A DNA stretch of 32,000 nucleotides. Origin: Erysipelotrichaceae bacterium MTC7 (GTDB taxonomy: Bacteria > Bacillota_I > Bacilli_A > Erysipelotrichales > Erysipelotrichaceae). Both the position numbers and the translations under genes were made by a program. The number at the start of each line of letters is the position of its first letter. The first letter of the stretch is position 1. Shown here piece by piece: positions 15,684-24,071 of the stretch. The stretch covers positions 1 to 32,000 of the forward strand of contig LVZN01000045.1 in the NCBI GenBank assembly GCA_001695645.1. The letters are read 5' to 3'. Below the pieces are notes generated by a model. It saw only the letters and a program-made list of their open reading frames with translations. It searched no databases and was not told the origin of the DNA.

Positions 15684-16770
15684 CATTGGCGAAGCAATAC
15701 AAATTTCCTTATTTGGTGAATCCCACGGTGAAGCCATTGGTGTCGTAATCAACGGTTTACCTGCAGGTATCCCCATTGATGAAACGTATATCAATCATTA
15801 TCTTGATTTACGAAAACCAAAAGGAAAGATTTCAACAAGTCGACAAGAACAAGACAAATTACATATTGTGAGTGGATACTTTGATGGACATACCACAGGT
15901 ACACCACTTTGTATCGTATTTGAAAATAGCAATACGCATTCCAAAGATTATCATAATGATAAAATGCGCCCATCACATGCTGACTATACCGCAAATGAAA
16001 AGTATCGTGGCTATCAAGATTATCGTGGTGGTGGTCACTTCTCTGGACGCCTTACCGCTCCCTTAGTCGCAGCAGGAAGTATTGCAAGAGGCATTCTAGA
16101 ACAAAAAGGCATTGTGATTGGAAGTCACATTGCCAAATTACAAGATATTGAAGACCTCCCTTTTCCAGAACAAGAGACCGATGCACTTGCTTGTTTGCAA
16201 CAACTCAACCAAACCTATTTTCCTGTTTGTGATTGTGATGTTGCAACACAGATGCAAACACGCATTGAACAACTAGCCAAGGTTGGCGATAGTGCTGGTG
16301 GTATTTTAGAAACGATGGTGTTGGGAATGCCAACCGGCGTTGGTGAACCTTTTTTCTCAAGTTTAGAAAGTGTGCTTGCCCAATTGCTGTTCTCAATTCC
16401 AGCGATTAAAGGCGTAGAATTTGGCCTTGGTTTTGAATTTTGCAACTTTACTGGCAGCGAAGTCAACGATGCCTTTTATATGGATAATGCAAAGGTAAAA
16501 ACAAAAACAAACTACAATGGTGGGATTAATGGAGGGATTTCCAATGGTATGCCGCTACAATTACGCACCGTGGTAAAACCAACACCATCCATCTTTATTG
16601 AACAAGAGACCATTGACTACCAAACCAAAGAAAATACAACACTACAAATACAAGGACGTCACGATCCAGCGATTGTCCATCGTGCACGTGTCGTTGTCGA
16701 CAGTGTGATTGCCATTGGAATTTTGGATTTATGTATTCAACAGTTTGGTCCGACGTGGGTAGGTGTCTAA
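15673..16770 (+). CDS. aroC: Chorismate synthase
   Basis: 365 aa. Motifs FGESHGEAIGVVI, RPSHADY, GGGHFSGRLTA, and GRHDP. Confidence 0.95.
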   Translation: MKSSIGEAIQISLFGESHGEAIGVVINGLPAGIPIDETYINHYLDLRKPKGKISTSRQEQDKLHIVSGYFDGHTTGTPLCIVFENSNTHSKDYHNDKMRPSHADYTANEKYRGYQDYRGGGHFSGRLTAPLVAAGSIARGILEQKGIVIGSHIAKLQDIEDLPFPEQETDALACLQQLNQTYFPVCDCDVATQMQTRIEQLAKVGDSAGGILETMVLGMPTGVGEPFFSSLESVLAQLLFSIPAIKGVEFGLGFEFCNFTGSEVNDAFYMDNAKVKTKTNYNGGINGGISNGMPLQLRTVVKPTPSIFIEQETIDYQTKENTTLQIQGRHDPAIVHRARVVVDSVIAIGILDLCIQQFGPTWVGV

Positions 16771-16771
16771 A

Positions 16772-18034
16772 ATGGAGTACGGATTGATTGGTGAAAAACT
16801 AGGTCATAGTTTTTCCAAAGTCATTCACGAACAATTGGTGTCTGACTATACATACGAACTTAAAGAAATTGCCAAAACCGACATTGATACCTTTATGAAA
16901 GAAAAACAGTTTAAAGCCATCAACGTGACCATTCCTTACAAGCAAACCGTAATTCCATATCTTGATGAAATCGATGAAAGCGCAAAACGCATCGGTGCAG
17001 TTAACACCATTGTCAATCGAAACGGAAAATTAATTGGTTATAATACTGATTATTTAGGATTTGCCTACACCTTACGAAAACACAACATTTCTCTACAAGG
17101 TAAAAAAGTATTAATTATGGGAAATGGTGGTGCTAGCAAAGCCATTCAAGAAGTGGTACACCAAGCAAACGCCAAACAAGTGTTGATTGTAGATGTAATT
17201 GCATCCGCGCAAACGATTCCTTTATCAGAAATTTACAAGCACCATTTGGACTGTGAAGTGATCATTCAAACAACACCGGTTGGAATGTCTCCACACCTCG
17301 ATGCTTCCCCAATCCAACTTGATGGATTTGATAGACTTGAAGCTTGCGTGGATGTAATTTACAATCCCTTGCGCACAAGTTTTCTACTTGAGGCAAAAAC
17401 ACATCAAATACCATGCGTAAATGGACTGGAAATGCTTGTTGCGCAAGCCAAGTACGCAGTGGAATATTTTAAAGATATACAGATCGATGATCAATATATT
17501 GATCGCATCTATCAAGATTTACTACGCGAACAAAGCAACTTGGTATTTATTGGAATGCCTAGTAGTGGCAAGACAACAATCGCTAATGAAGTATGCACAC
17601 ACCTAAAGCGTGAAGTTGTAGATATCGATGCTAAAATTGTTGAACGCATCCAAATGCCAATTTCTAAGTATTTTGAATTACACGGAGAAGCAAAGTTCCG
17701 TGCCATTGAAACACAAGTAACAAAAGAACTTGCCAATAGCCACAATCTTATCATTTCATGTGGTGGTGGTATTGTAAAAAAGAAAGAAAACATGAGATAT
17801 TTACAACACAATGGCTTTATTGTCTACATAGATCGTCACATCGATCAATTGTTGAGCGATCCTTCAAGACCACTCAGTTCAAGTAAAGAAGCCATTCAAG
17901 AATTGTATGACACTCGTGCACCATTATATGAACGTTATAGTGATGCCACAATTTGCAATCACGATATACTCGCGGATGCAATTGATCAAGCAATTGATAC
18001 ATATATTAACAACATAACAATGATCAACACATAG
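16772..18034 (+). CDS. aroE/aroK: Fusion protein: shikimate dehydrogenase (N-terminal) + shikimate kinase (C-terminal)
   Basis: The ORF track starts at a GTG (16763). The ATG at 16772 (MEYGLIGEKLGHSFS) has AGGTG upstream. The N-terminal ~255 aa are AroE-like (NVTIPYK, GAVNT, GNGGASKA). The C-terminal ~165 aa are AroK-like (LVFIGMPSSGKTT, GGGIV). Confidence 0.88.
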   Translation: MEYGLIGEKLGHSFSKVIHEQLVSDYTYELKEIAKTDIDTFMKEKQFKAINVTIPYKQTVIPYLDEIDESAKRIGAVNTIVNRNGKLIGYNTDYLGFAYTLRKHNISLQGKKVLIMGNGGASKAIQEVVHQANAKQVLIVDVIASAQTIPLSEIYKHHLDCEVIIQTTPVGMSPHLDASPIQLDGFDRLEACVDVIYNPLRTSFLLEAKTHQIPCVNGLEMLVAQAKYAVEYFKDIQIDDQYIDRIYQDLLREQSNLVFIGMPSSGKTTIANEVCTHLKREVVDIDAKIVERIQMPISKYFELHGEAKFRAIETQVTKELANSHNLIISCGGGIVKKKENMRYLQHNGFIVYIDRHIDQLLSDPSRPLSSSKEAIQELYDTRAPLYERYSDATICNHDILADAIDQAIDTYINNITMINT

Positions 18035-18046
18035 GGGGAAAAACAA

Positions 18047-19066
18047 ATGATTATTACGATAAAGAAAAATGCTGACCAACAGGCGGTCAAAAAATTAATC
18101 GACAAACTAGAAACACTCGGTGTTACAGCTGTTGAAATCCAAGGTAGCGATCTTACGATTTATGGGTTAACTGGGGATACAACCGCAATCGATGAAAAAC
18201 GCATCATGGCAAACGAAAGCGTTGAACATGTCACGCGAATTGCCGCAAAATACAAACTGGCATCACGCCAAATGCATCCAACGGATACAATCTTTGACAT
18301 CAACGGAATCAAAATTGGTGGACAAGAAAAGATTGTCGTGATTGGAGGACCATGTTCGGTTGAAAGTGAAGACATGGTGGTCCAACTTGCAAAAGACGTA
18401 AAAGATGCAGGTGGAAAAATGCTTCGTGGTGGAGCTTACAAACCACGTACATCACCGTACGCTTTCCAAGGAATGCAAACGGAAGGAATTCTTGCCATGG
18501 TAAAAGCAAGAGAAGTAACCGGTTTACCGATTGTTAGTGAACTGATGAGTGCCGACAGAATTGACGAGTTTGAAAAATACGTCGATGTTATTCAAATCGG
18601 TGCAAGAAATATGCAAAACTTTGAATTGTTAAAAGAACTAGGAAAACGCACAACAAAACCAATCTTATTAAAACGTGGTTTTGCCAACACCATCGATGAA
18701 TGGATTATGAGTGCCGAATACATTATGGCAAACGGAAATCCTAACGTAATTTTCTGTGAACGCGGAATTCGTACATTTGAAACTGAAACTAGAAACACCT
18801 TAGACTTAAGTGTCATTCCAATTATCAAACGCAAGACACACTTGCCAATCGTTATTGACCCATCACATGCAACCGGCGACTGGTCACTTGTGGAAAGTGC
18901 ATCATTAGCTGCAGTAGCAGCTGGTGCTGACGGTTTGATTATTGAAGTTCATAACGATCCAGAAAACGCCTTCTCTGATGGCGACCAATGTTTAAAGCCA
19001 AAACGCTTCAAAGCATTAATTGAAAAAGCAAGAAAGATTGCGCAGGTAATCGGGAGAGATATCTAA
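18047..19066 (+). CDS. aroF: 3-deoxy-7-phosphoheptulonate (DAHP) synthase, type I-beta, with a ~70-aa N-terminal ferredoxin/ACT-like regulatory domain
   Basis: 339 aa. Catalytic core GPCSVES, LRGGAYKPRTSPYAFQG, IGARNMQN, and DPSHATG. The N-terminal extension MIITIKKNADQQAVKKLIDKLETLGV... resembles the Thermotoga-type DAH7PS extension. Confidence 0.9.
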   Translation: MIITIKKNADQQAVKKLIDKLETLGVTAVEIQGSDLTIYGLTGDTTAIDEKRIMANESVEHVTRIAAKYKLASRQMHPTDTIFDINGIKIGGQEKIVVIGGPCSVESEDMVVQLAKDVKDAGGKMLRGGAYKPRTSPYAFQGMQTEGILAMVKAREVTGLPIVSELMSADRIDEFEKYVDVIQIGARNMQNFELLKELGKRTTKPILLKRGFANTIDEWIMSAEYIMANGNPNVIFCERGIRTFETETRNTLDLSVIPIIKRKTHLPIVIDPSHATGDWSLVESASLAAVAAGADGLIIEVHNDPENAFSDGDQCLKPKRFKALIEKARKIAQVIGRDI

Positions 19067-20340
19067 TGAAGGTGGAGATCACACCTTCCAAGTGTTCGGG
19101 AAGCGTGCATTTGCCCCCTTCAAAAAGCATGTCGCATCGTGCTATCATTTGTGCAAGTTTAGCCAAGGGAACCAGTGTCATTTCAAATGTTGCATTTTCT
19201 GATGATATTCTTGTGACAATTGCTGGCATGCGCCAACTTGGAGCAAATATCGATATCAAAGATGACACGGTAACTATTCAAGGAATCAATACTTTTACTA
19301 ACTTTAACGCAAACCAAGAGGTCTTTTGCAAGGAAAGTGGAAGCACCCTACGTTTTTTTGTGCCCATCTTCTCCCTTACGAATAAGCCGGTCGCATTCAC
19401 TGGAGAAAACCGTTTATTGAAACGTCCCCAAAAAATATACGAAGATCTATTTAAGGAAAAAGGACTATCTTACACACAAAATGAACATGAAATTGCGATT
19501 GAAGGCTCTTTACTTCCTGGATCCTACTCTTTACCGGGTGATGTTTCCAGTCAATTCATTTCTGGATTATTATTTGCTTTACCTTTACTACAAGGTGATT
19601 CAACGATTCAAATTCAAGCTCCCTACGAAAGCCAAAGTTATGTGGATTTAACCTTAGAAATGCTTGAACGCTTTGGAATTGATGTGCATTATAGCGATCC
19701 TTATACGCTACGGATCCCCGGAAATCAAAGCTACAAACCAAACAACTACACCATTGAAGGTGATTATTCACAGGCAGGATTCTTTGCAGTATTGGGCGCA
19801 ATCAATAACGATTTAACCATCACCGGCTTAAATCATGATAGCAAACAAGGAGATAAAGAAATTATCCAAATTCTTAAGGACTTTAACGTCCATGTTACAC
19901 CAGTTCCTTTTGGGTACCACATTCAAAAAGCACAATTAAAACCAGCCACAATCAATTTAGAAAATTGTCCAGATTTAGGACCGATTCTAAATGTACTGCA
20001 AATGTATTGTCTAGGCGAAAGCACTATGATCAATGCTGCTCGTTTACGTTTAAAAGAAAGTGATCGAATTCTAGCAATGGAAACCGAATTAAAAAAATGC
20101 GGTGTCGCAATTACAAGCACAAAGGATACCATCACGGTTCATGGCACATCGACATATCAAGGAGCGTGTGAACTCGTTGGTCATAAAGACCACCGTATTG
20201 TGATGGCACTAGCAGTTGCTGCAACATGTATGAAGCAAAAAGTCGTGATTGATGAGGCTGAATATATCAACAAATCGTATCCGACCTTTTTTGAAGATTT
20301 AGAAAGTGTTGGAATTGAGGTGAAGAAACTTGACGCGTAA
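19066..20340 (+). CDS. aroA: 3-phosphoshikimate 1-carboxyvinyltransferase (EPSP synthase)
   Basis: 424 aa. TAATG overlap with aroF. Motifs LPPSKSMSHRA, RLLKRP, CPDLGP, LKESDR, and DHRIVMA. Confidence 0.95.
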   Translation: MKVEITPSKCSGSVHLPPSKSMSHRAIICASLAKGTSVISNVAFSDDILVTIAGMRQLGANIDIKDDTVTIQGINTFTNFNANQEVFCKESGSTLRFFVPIFSLTNKPVAFTGENRLLKRPQKIYEDLFKEKGLSYTQNEHEIAIEGSLLPGSYSLPGDVSSQFISGLLFALPLLQGDSTIQIQAPYESQSYVDLTLEMLERFGIDVHYSDPYTLRIPGNQSYKPNNYTIEGDYSQAGFFAVLGAINNDLTITGLNHDSKQGDKEIIQILKDFNVHVTPVPFGYHIQKAQLKPATINLENCPDLGPILNVLQMYCLGESTMINAARLRLKESDRILAMETELKKCGVAITSTKDTITVHGTSTYQGACELVGHKDHRIVMALAVAATCMKQKVVIDEAEYINKSYPTFFEDLESVGIEVKKLDA

Positions 20341-21187
20341 AACATATGCCATTGTGGGACTTGGACTACTCGGTGGCTCATATGCCAAAGGCTTGTATGA
20401 TGCGGGTTATGAGGTCATCGGAATTGCTCGGCGACAAGAAACCATCGATTATGCTTTAGCACACAACTACATCACACAAGGAAGCACCAATGCCGCTGAT
20501 GTTGCAAAAGCAGATCTCGTGATTCTTTGTTTATATCCAAAACTGATGCTTTCATGGATTCATGAAAACAAGCAATACTTCAAGAAAGGTGCTATTGTTT
20601 CTGATATTGCAGGGGTGAAACGAAACCTTGTTCTTCCTATACAAGAAGCATTGGAAGATACAGATGCCCAGTTTATTTCAACCCATCCCATGGCTGGAAA
20701 AGAGGTTAGCGGAATCGAACATGCAGATCCAGCAATTTTTCATAAGGCAAACTTCATCATCGTACCAACAAAGCAAAATAGTGAATCCGCCATTCAAGCA
20801 ATGATGGATGTCGCAGATATCTTGCAGTTCCAGCACATTTCCTTATTGAGTATCGATGAACATGACCGCATGATTGGTTTTCTAAGTCAACTAACTCATG
20901 TCATTGCCGTGAGCTTAATGAATACGCACGATAATGATAAATTGGTCGATTATACCGGTGACTCGTTTCGTGATTTAACCCGTATTGCCAAAATCAATGA
21001 AGACATGTGGACAGAGCTCTTTTTATTCAACAAGGATATCTTACTGGAAGAAATTGAAGCATTTGAAGCAAGTCTAGATGCATTCAAAATAGCTTTACAA
21101 AATGACGATGAACAAGCAATGAAAAACTTATTTATTCAAAGTACCAATCGTCGCAAGAAATTTGATAAAAAGCCTGGGAAATCATAA
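20330..21187 (+). CDS. tyrA: Prephenate dehydrogenase (no C-terminal ACT domain)
   Basis: 285 aa. TTG start preceded by GAGGTG and overlapping the aroA end by 11 nt. Rossmann motif IVGLGLLGGS and HPMAGKE. Confidence 0.88.
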   Translation: MTRKTYAIVGLGLLGGSYAKGLYDAGYEVIGIARRQETIDYALAHNYITQGSTNAADVAKADLVILCLYPKLMLSWIHENKQYFKKGAIVSDIAGVKRNLVLPIQEALEDTDAQFISTHPMAGKEVSGIEHADPAIFHKANFIIVPTKQNSESAIQAMMDVADILQFQHISLLSIDEHDRMIGFLSQLTHVIAVSLMNTHDNDKLVDYTGDSFRDLTRIAKINEDMWTELFLFNKDILLEEIEAFEASLDAFKIALQNDDEQAMKNLFIQSTNRRKKFDKKPGKS

Positions 21188-21203
21188 GATCCCAGGCTTT
21201 TAT
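21166..21203. terminator. Bidirectional terminator between tyrA and the convergent DUF4256 gene
   Basis: Stem agcctggga (21171-79) / tcccaggct (21090+100: 21190-98), with an A-run on the left and a T-run on the right. The 5' arm lies within the last tyrA codons. Confidence 0.7.
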
Positions 21204-21721
21204 AATGCTTTATATGCGCGAAACCCACGACTTGCGTAATAGGAGTCAGCTCCGTTGTGGTAGACAAAAATGGTTTCGTATCGATTGTCCGCAAAGAGTG
21301 CACCTTTAAGGTCACGTATTGCTTGTGGCGTTGCAATCCAACTGCTTGTTTTCGTATCAAGTGAAATTATTGTTTGCAGGTATCGATATTGCCTTTCATC
21401 AAGTAGGTTAACGTTCATTTCATGTGCCATTTCTTCCACGCTAGTTTTTGGCGGATGTGTTTTCCTTGTTGTCCTTGCTAGTTTGTCATAACAAACACTT
21501 ACACGCCCCTTTGGTGTTTCTTTTGCCATATCCACATACGCAAGCCCAACACCAGGTAACACCTCGACTACATCCACTTCTCCACCAGTTTGCTCCATCA
21601 TGTCCAAACTGGTTAAAACAGCTGGCGTTAATTTTTCCTCTACTTGTTGCCATGTTGTATGTGGGTGTCTATCTTGATGCTTTTCAAAGCGTTCTTTTAA
21701 CAACTCTTTTAATTTTTCCAT
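21200..21721 (-). CDS. DUF4256 domain-containing protein
   Basis: The ORF track extends to 21808, but the ATG at 21721 (MEKLKELLKERF) has SD AGAGGA 7 nt upstream, and the extension runs through the hsp20 terminator. 173 aa with the family-typical MEQTGGEVDVV motif. Confidence 0.7.
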   Translation of the reverse strand: MEKLKELLKERFEKHQDRHPHTTWQQVEEKLTPAVLTSLDMMEQTGGEVDVVEVLPGVGLAYVDMAKETPKGRVSVCYDKLARTTRKTHPPKTSVEEMAHEMNVNLLDERQYRYLQTIISLDTKTSSWIATPQAIRDLKGALFADNRYETIFVYHNGADSYYASRGFRAYKAL

Positions 21722-21743
21722 ACAGATTCCTCTTTCTTGTTTA

Positions 21744-21773
21744 TTAAAAAAGGTGGCTTGTAACCACCTTTTT
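21744..21773 (-). terminator. Rho-independent terminator of hsp20
   Basis: aaaaAGGTGG-cttgtaa-CCACCTtttt, 3 nt after the hsp20 stop codon. Confidence 0.8.
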
Positions 21774-21776
21774 ATC

Positions 21777-22190
21777 CTATTCAATTGCAATTGATTTTGT
21801 TTCAGCAATTTCTTTTGGTTTATCTTTAGGGAATGTTACTTGCAATTCACCATTATCGAATTTTGCTTTGATATCTTCTTCTGTAACACCTTCAGAAACA
21901 TAGAAACTTCTTGTACAAGTTCCAGTAAAACGTTCTTTACGAAGTACGTTTCCTTTGTCATCACTTTCTTCTTTATGATCATTTCGAGATGCCGAAATCG
22001 TTAAATACCCTTCCTTTAATGAAATTTGAATATCTTCTTTCTTGTATCCAGGCAATTCCATATCAAGTACATAGTTACCATCAACTTCACGAATATCTGT
22101 TTTCATAAAATTCGAAGTTTTAGCAACCGGTCTGAAGAAATTGTCATCAAACATATCATCAAATAAACTAAAACCAGGTAGTAATTTCAT
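21777..22190 (-). CDS. Hsp20/alpha-crystallin family small heat-shock protein
   Basis: 137 aa. SD GGAGG. Alpha-crystallin core DIREVDGNYVLDMELPGYKKEDIQISL...LTISA...F.R.F. Confidence 0.92.
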   Translation of the reverse strand: MKLLPGFSLFDDMFDDNFFRPVAKTSNFMKTDIREVDGNYVLDMELPGYKKEDIQISLKEGYLTISASRNDHKEESDDKGNVLRKERFTGTCTRSFYVSEGVTEEDIKAKFDNGELQVTFPKDKPKEIAETKSIAIE

Positions 22191-22246
22191 AGTATCGCCT
22201 CCAATTCTTTATGCTATTTTTTACTATCCTTTCTTTGGATACTTGT

Positions 22247-22274
22247 ATTATAGCACCATTTAGCACTCAGTCAA
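22247..22274 (-). promoter_or_regulatory. hsp20 promoter (TTGACT-16-TATAAT)
   Basis: Reverse complement reads TTGACT gagtgctaaatggtgc TATAAT. The -35 lies in the CIRCE spacer. Confidence 0.65.
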
Positions 22275-22286
22275 GTAAAGTGCTAA
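22260..22286. promoter_or_regulatory. CIRCE operator (HrcA binding site)
   Basis: On the gene strand it reads TTAGCACTT-N9-GAGTGCTAA, versus the consensus TTAGCACTC-N9-GAGTGCTAA (one mismatch). It overlaps the promoter. Confidence 0.8.
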
Positions 22287-22311
22287 ACCAAATTACATAA
22301 CGATATATACC

Positions 22312-23271
22312 TTATTGTGATTGGTTTTTATATACATGTTCAACCATTTGTACACTAGTGATACTTACTTTGGGACTCATAATTGGACTGGTTAACAACC
22401 CTTGTTTGATACATTTTTCAACATGGTTTACTTCATATACAAACTCACTTTTACTAGCAAAATCATAATGCTCTTGTTTCCCATTTGTGATGATATTTAC
22501 TTCCTGCGCTTTCCAAAAATAAGGAACAACTATTTCTCCATGTTCAAAGAAAAATCTCGCTTCATCTGGATACTTGGTTGTTCTTGAGATGATGGAACGA
22601 ATCGTTACGTCTTTGATTTGAAAATGCAGATCACTCACATCATCTACAGAATACTTACCATACGTAAGATTCCCCTTATAGTAATCTGGTGTTCCATTAA
22701 GTACGTACATCATATACTCAATTGCATACGAGCCACTTCCATAAAGCGAACCACCACCCTTGTTAGGATCTAGCATCCATGCTTTCTCCTGTGCTCCATA
22801 AGGATAGAAACAAGATAACTCCACATGGTTTAACTTCCCTAAACGATGATCTTCAATTTGTTGTTTGACGAAGTTTGTGGTGGGCAGAAACACACTTTTT
22901 TGTGCTTCCATCAGAAATAAACCTTTACTTTTTGCTAGGCCAAACAGTTTCTTTGCATCATCTACATGTAAGGTTAATGGTTTCTCACAAAGGACATGTT
23001 TACCAGCTTGCAAAGCATCCTTCACATACGTTGCATGTGCAAAGTGTGGAGTTGCAATGTAGATGATGTTGACATCTGTATCTAAAAATAGTGCTTCGTA
23101 ACTTCCATATGCCTTTTCTATGTGTAGGTTTTGGGCAAAGGTTTTTGCTTTCTCTAGATTTCTAGAAGCAATCGCAACCACGGTACTGTTGTTACTGTCT
23201 TGTACACCCTTTACAAAACGTGGCACAATACTAGCTGTGCTTACAATTCCATAGCGTAATTGTGTATCCAT
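22312..23271 (-). CDS. Gfo/Idh/MocA family NAD(P)-dependent oxidoreductase
   Basis: About 319 aa. N-terminal Rossmann region YGIVSTASIVPRF and the EKP motif (VLCEKPLT). The second ATG (23271) has better spacing to the AGGAGG SD than the ATG at 23277. Confidence 0.85.
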   Translation of the reverse strand: MDTQLRYGIVSTASIVPRFVKGVQDSNNSTVVAIASRNLEKAKTFAQNLHIEKAYGSYEALFLDTDVNIIYIATPHFAHATYVKDALQAGKHVLCEKPLTLHVDDAKKLFGLAKSKGLFLMEAQKSVFLPTTNFVKQQIEDHRLGKLNHVELSCFYPYGAQEKAWMLDPNKGGGSLYGSGSYAIEYMMYVLNGTPDYYKGNLTYGKYSVDDVSDLHFQIKDVTIRSIISRTTKYPDEARFFFEHGEIVVPYFWKAQEVNIITNGKQEHYDFASKSEFVYEVNHVEKCIKQGLLTSPIMSPKVSITSVQMVEHVYKNQSQ

Positions 23272-23316
23272 AAGCATACACCTCCTATGCTTCCAAGTAT
23301 ATCATGCAATCCAACC

Positions 23317-23345
23317 TTTCCAAAGTCAGGACCTTATGCTATAAT
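23317..23345 (+). promoter_or_regulatory. Promoter of the riboswitch-mntP unit (TTTCCA-17-TGcTATAAT)
   Basis: Extended -10 atgcTATAAT at 23337-23345 read directly. Confidence 0.6.
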
Positions 23346-23349
23346 GGGC

Positions 23350-23467
23350 AAGTCATAAGGGAGTAGTTATCTTACATTTGTAAGTGTTTTAGTCAACATC
23401 ATGGTGAAAACCTGGCTAATTGTAAAAAATGAGACTTATACGAGTGTTTTCGTATGAGTCTTTTCTT
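23350..23467 (+). promoter_or_regulatory. yybP-ykoY (Mn2+) riboswitch with terminator expression platform
   Basis: Conserved blocks AAGGGAGUAG (23357-66), GUCAACAU (23392-99) and GAGAC (23431-35). Terminator stem 23433-43 / 23450-60 (11 bp, one G-U) plus UUUU. The P1 3' strand CUUAU (23435-39) is shared with the terminator 5' arm. The downstream gene is mntP, the classic partner. Confidence 0.75.
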
Positions 23468-23493
23468 AACTTACTCCAAAAGGAGTATCACAT

Positions 23494-24054
23494 ATGAGTA
23501 TATTAACAATTATCTTAACAGGTGTCGGTTTGGCAATGGATGCTTGTGCAGTTTCACTTGCCAAAGGCATGTGTTACACCAAAAAAGATGCAATTAGATT
23601 TTCTTTTATCTTCGCTTTGAGTTTTGGTTTCTTTCAAGGAATCATGCCTTTAATTGGCTATTTCATTGGTATTAAATTTACAAGCTCGATTACTTTTTTA
23701 GATCATTGGATTGCATTTATCTTGCTTGTTGGTATTGGAGCTAAAATGATCTATGAATCATTTGGTGAGCAAGAACTTGCCTGTGAATTACATATAAAAT
23801 TCATAGATATCCTGCTTTTGGGTATCGCAACAAGCATCGATGCCTTAGCTGTTGGTGTCAGTTTCGCTTTCTTTGATGTCGATATTTATGTTGCTTGTTT
23901 TATCATTGGTGTCGTAACGTTCATTCTTTCATTTTTTAGTGGATACATCGGACGTTTTGTTGGCTCGTTCTTGCATCGCTATGCAGAAGTTGCTGGTGGA
24001 CTGATTTTAATTCTCATTGGCACAAAGATACTCATTGAACACTTATGTTTTTAG
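23494..24054 (+). CDS. mntP: Manganese efflux pump MntP (DUF204)
   Basis: 186 aa polytopic membrane protein. Repeated motifs GLAMDACAVSLA and ATSIDALAVGVSFA. Confidence 0.9.
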   Translation: MSILTIILTGVGLAMDACAVSLAKGMCYTKKDAIRFSFIFALSFGFFQGIMPLIGYFIGIKFTSSITFLDHWIAFILLVGIGAKMIYESFGEQELACELHIKFIDILLLGIATSIDALAVGVSFAFFDVDIYVACFIIGVVTFILSFFSGYIGRFVGSFLHRYAEVAGGLILILIGTKILIEHLCF

Positions 24055-24071
24055 TGTGGTAAAATAAGAGT

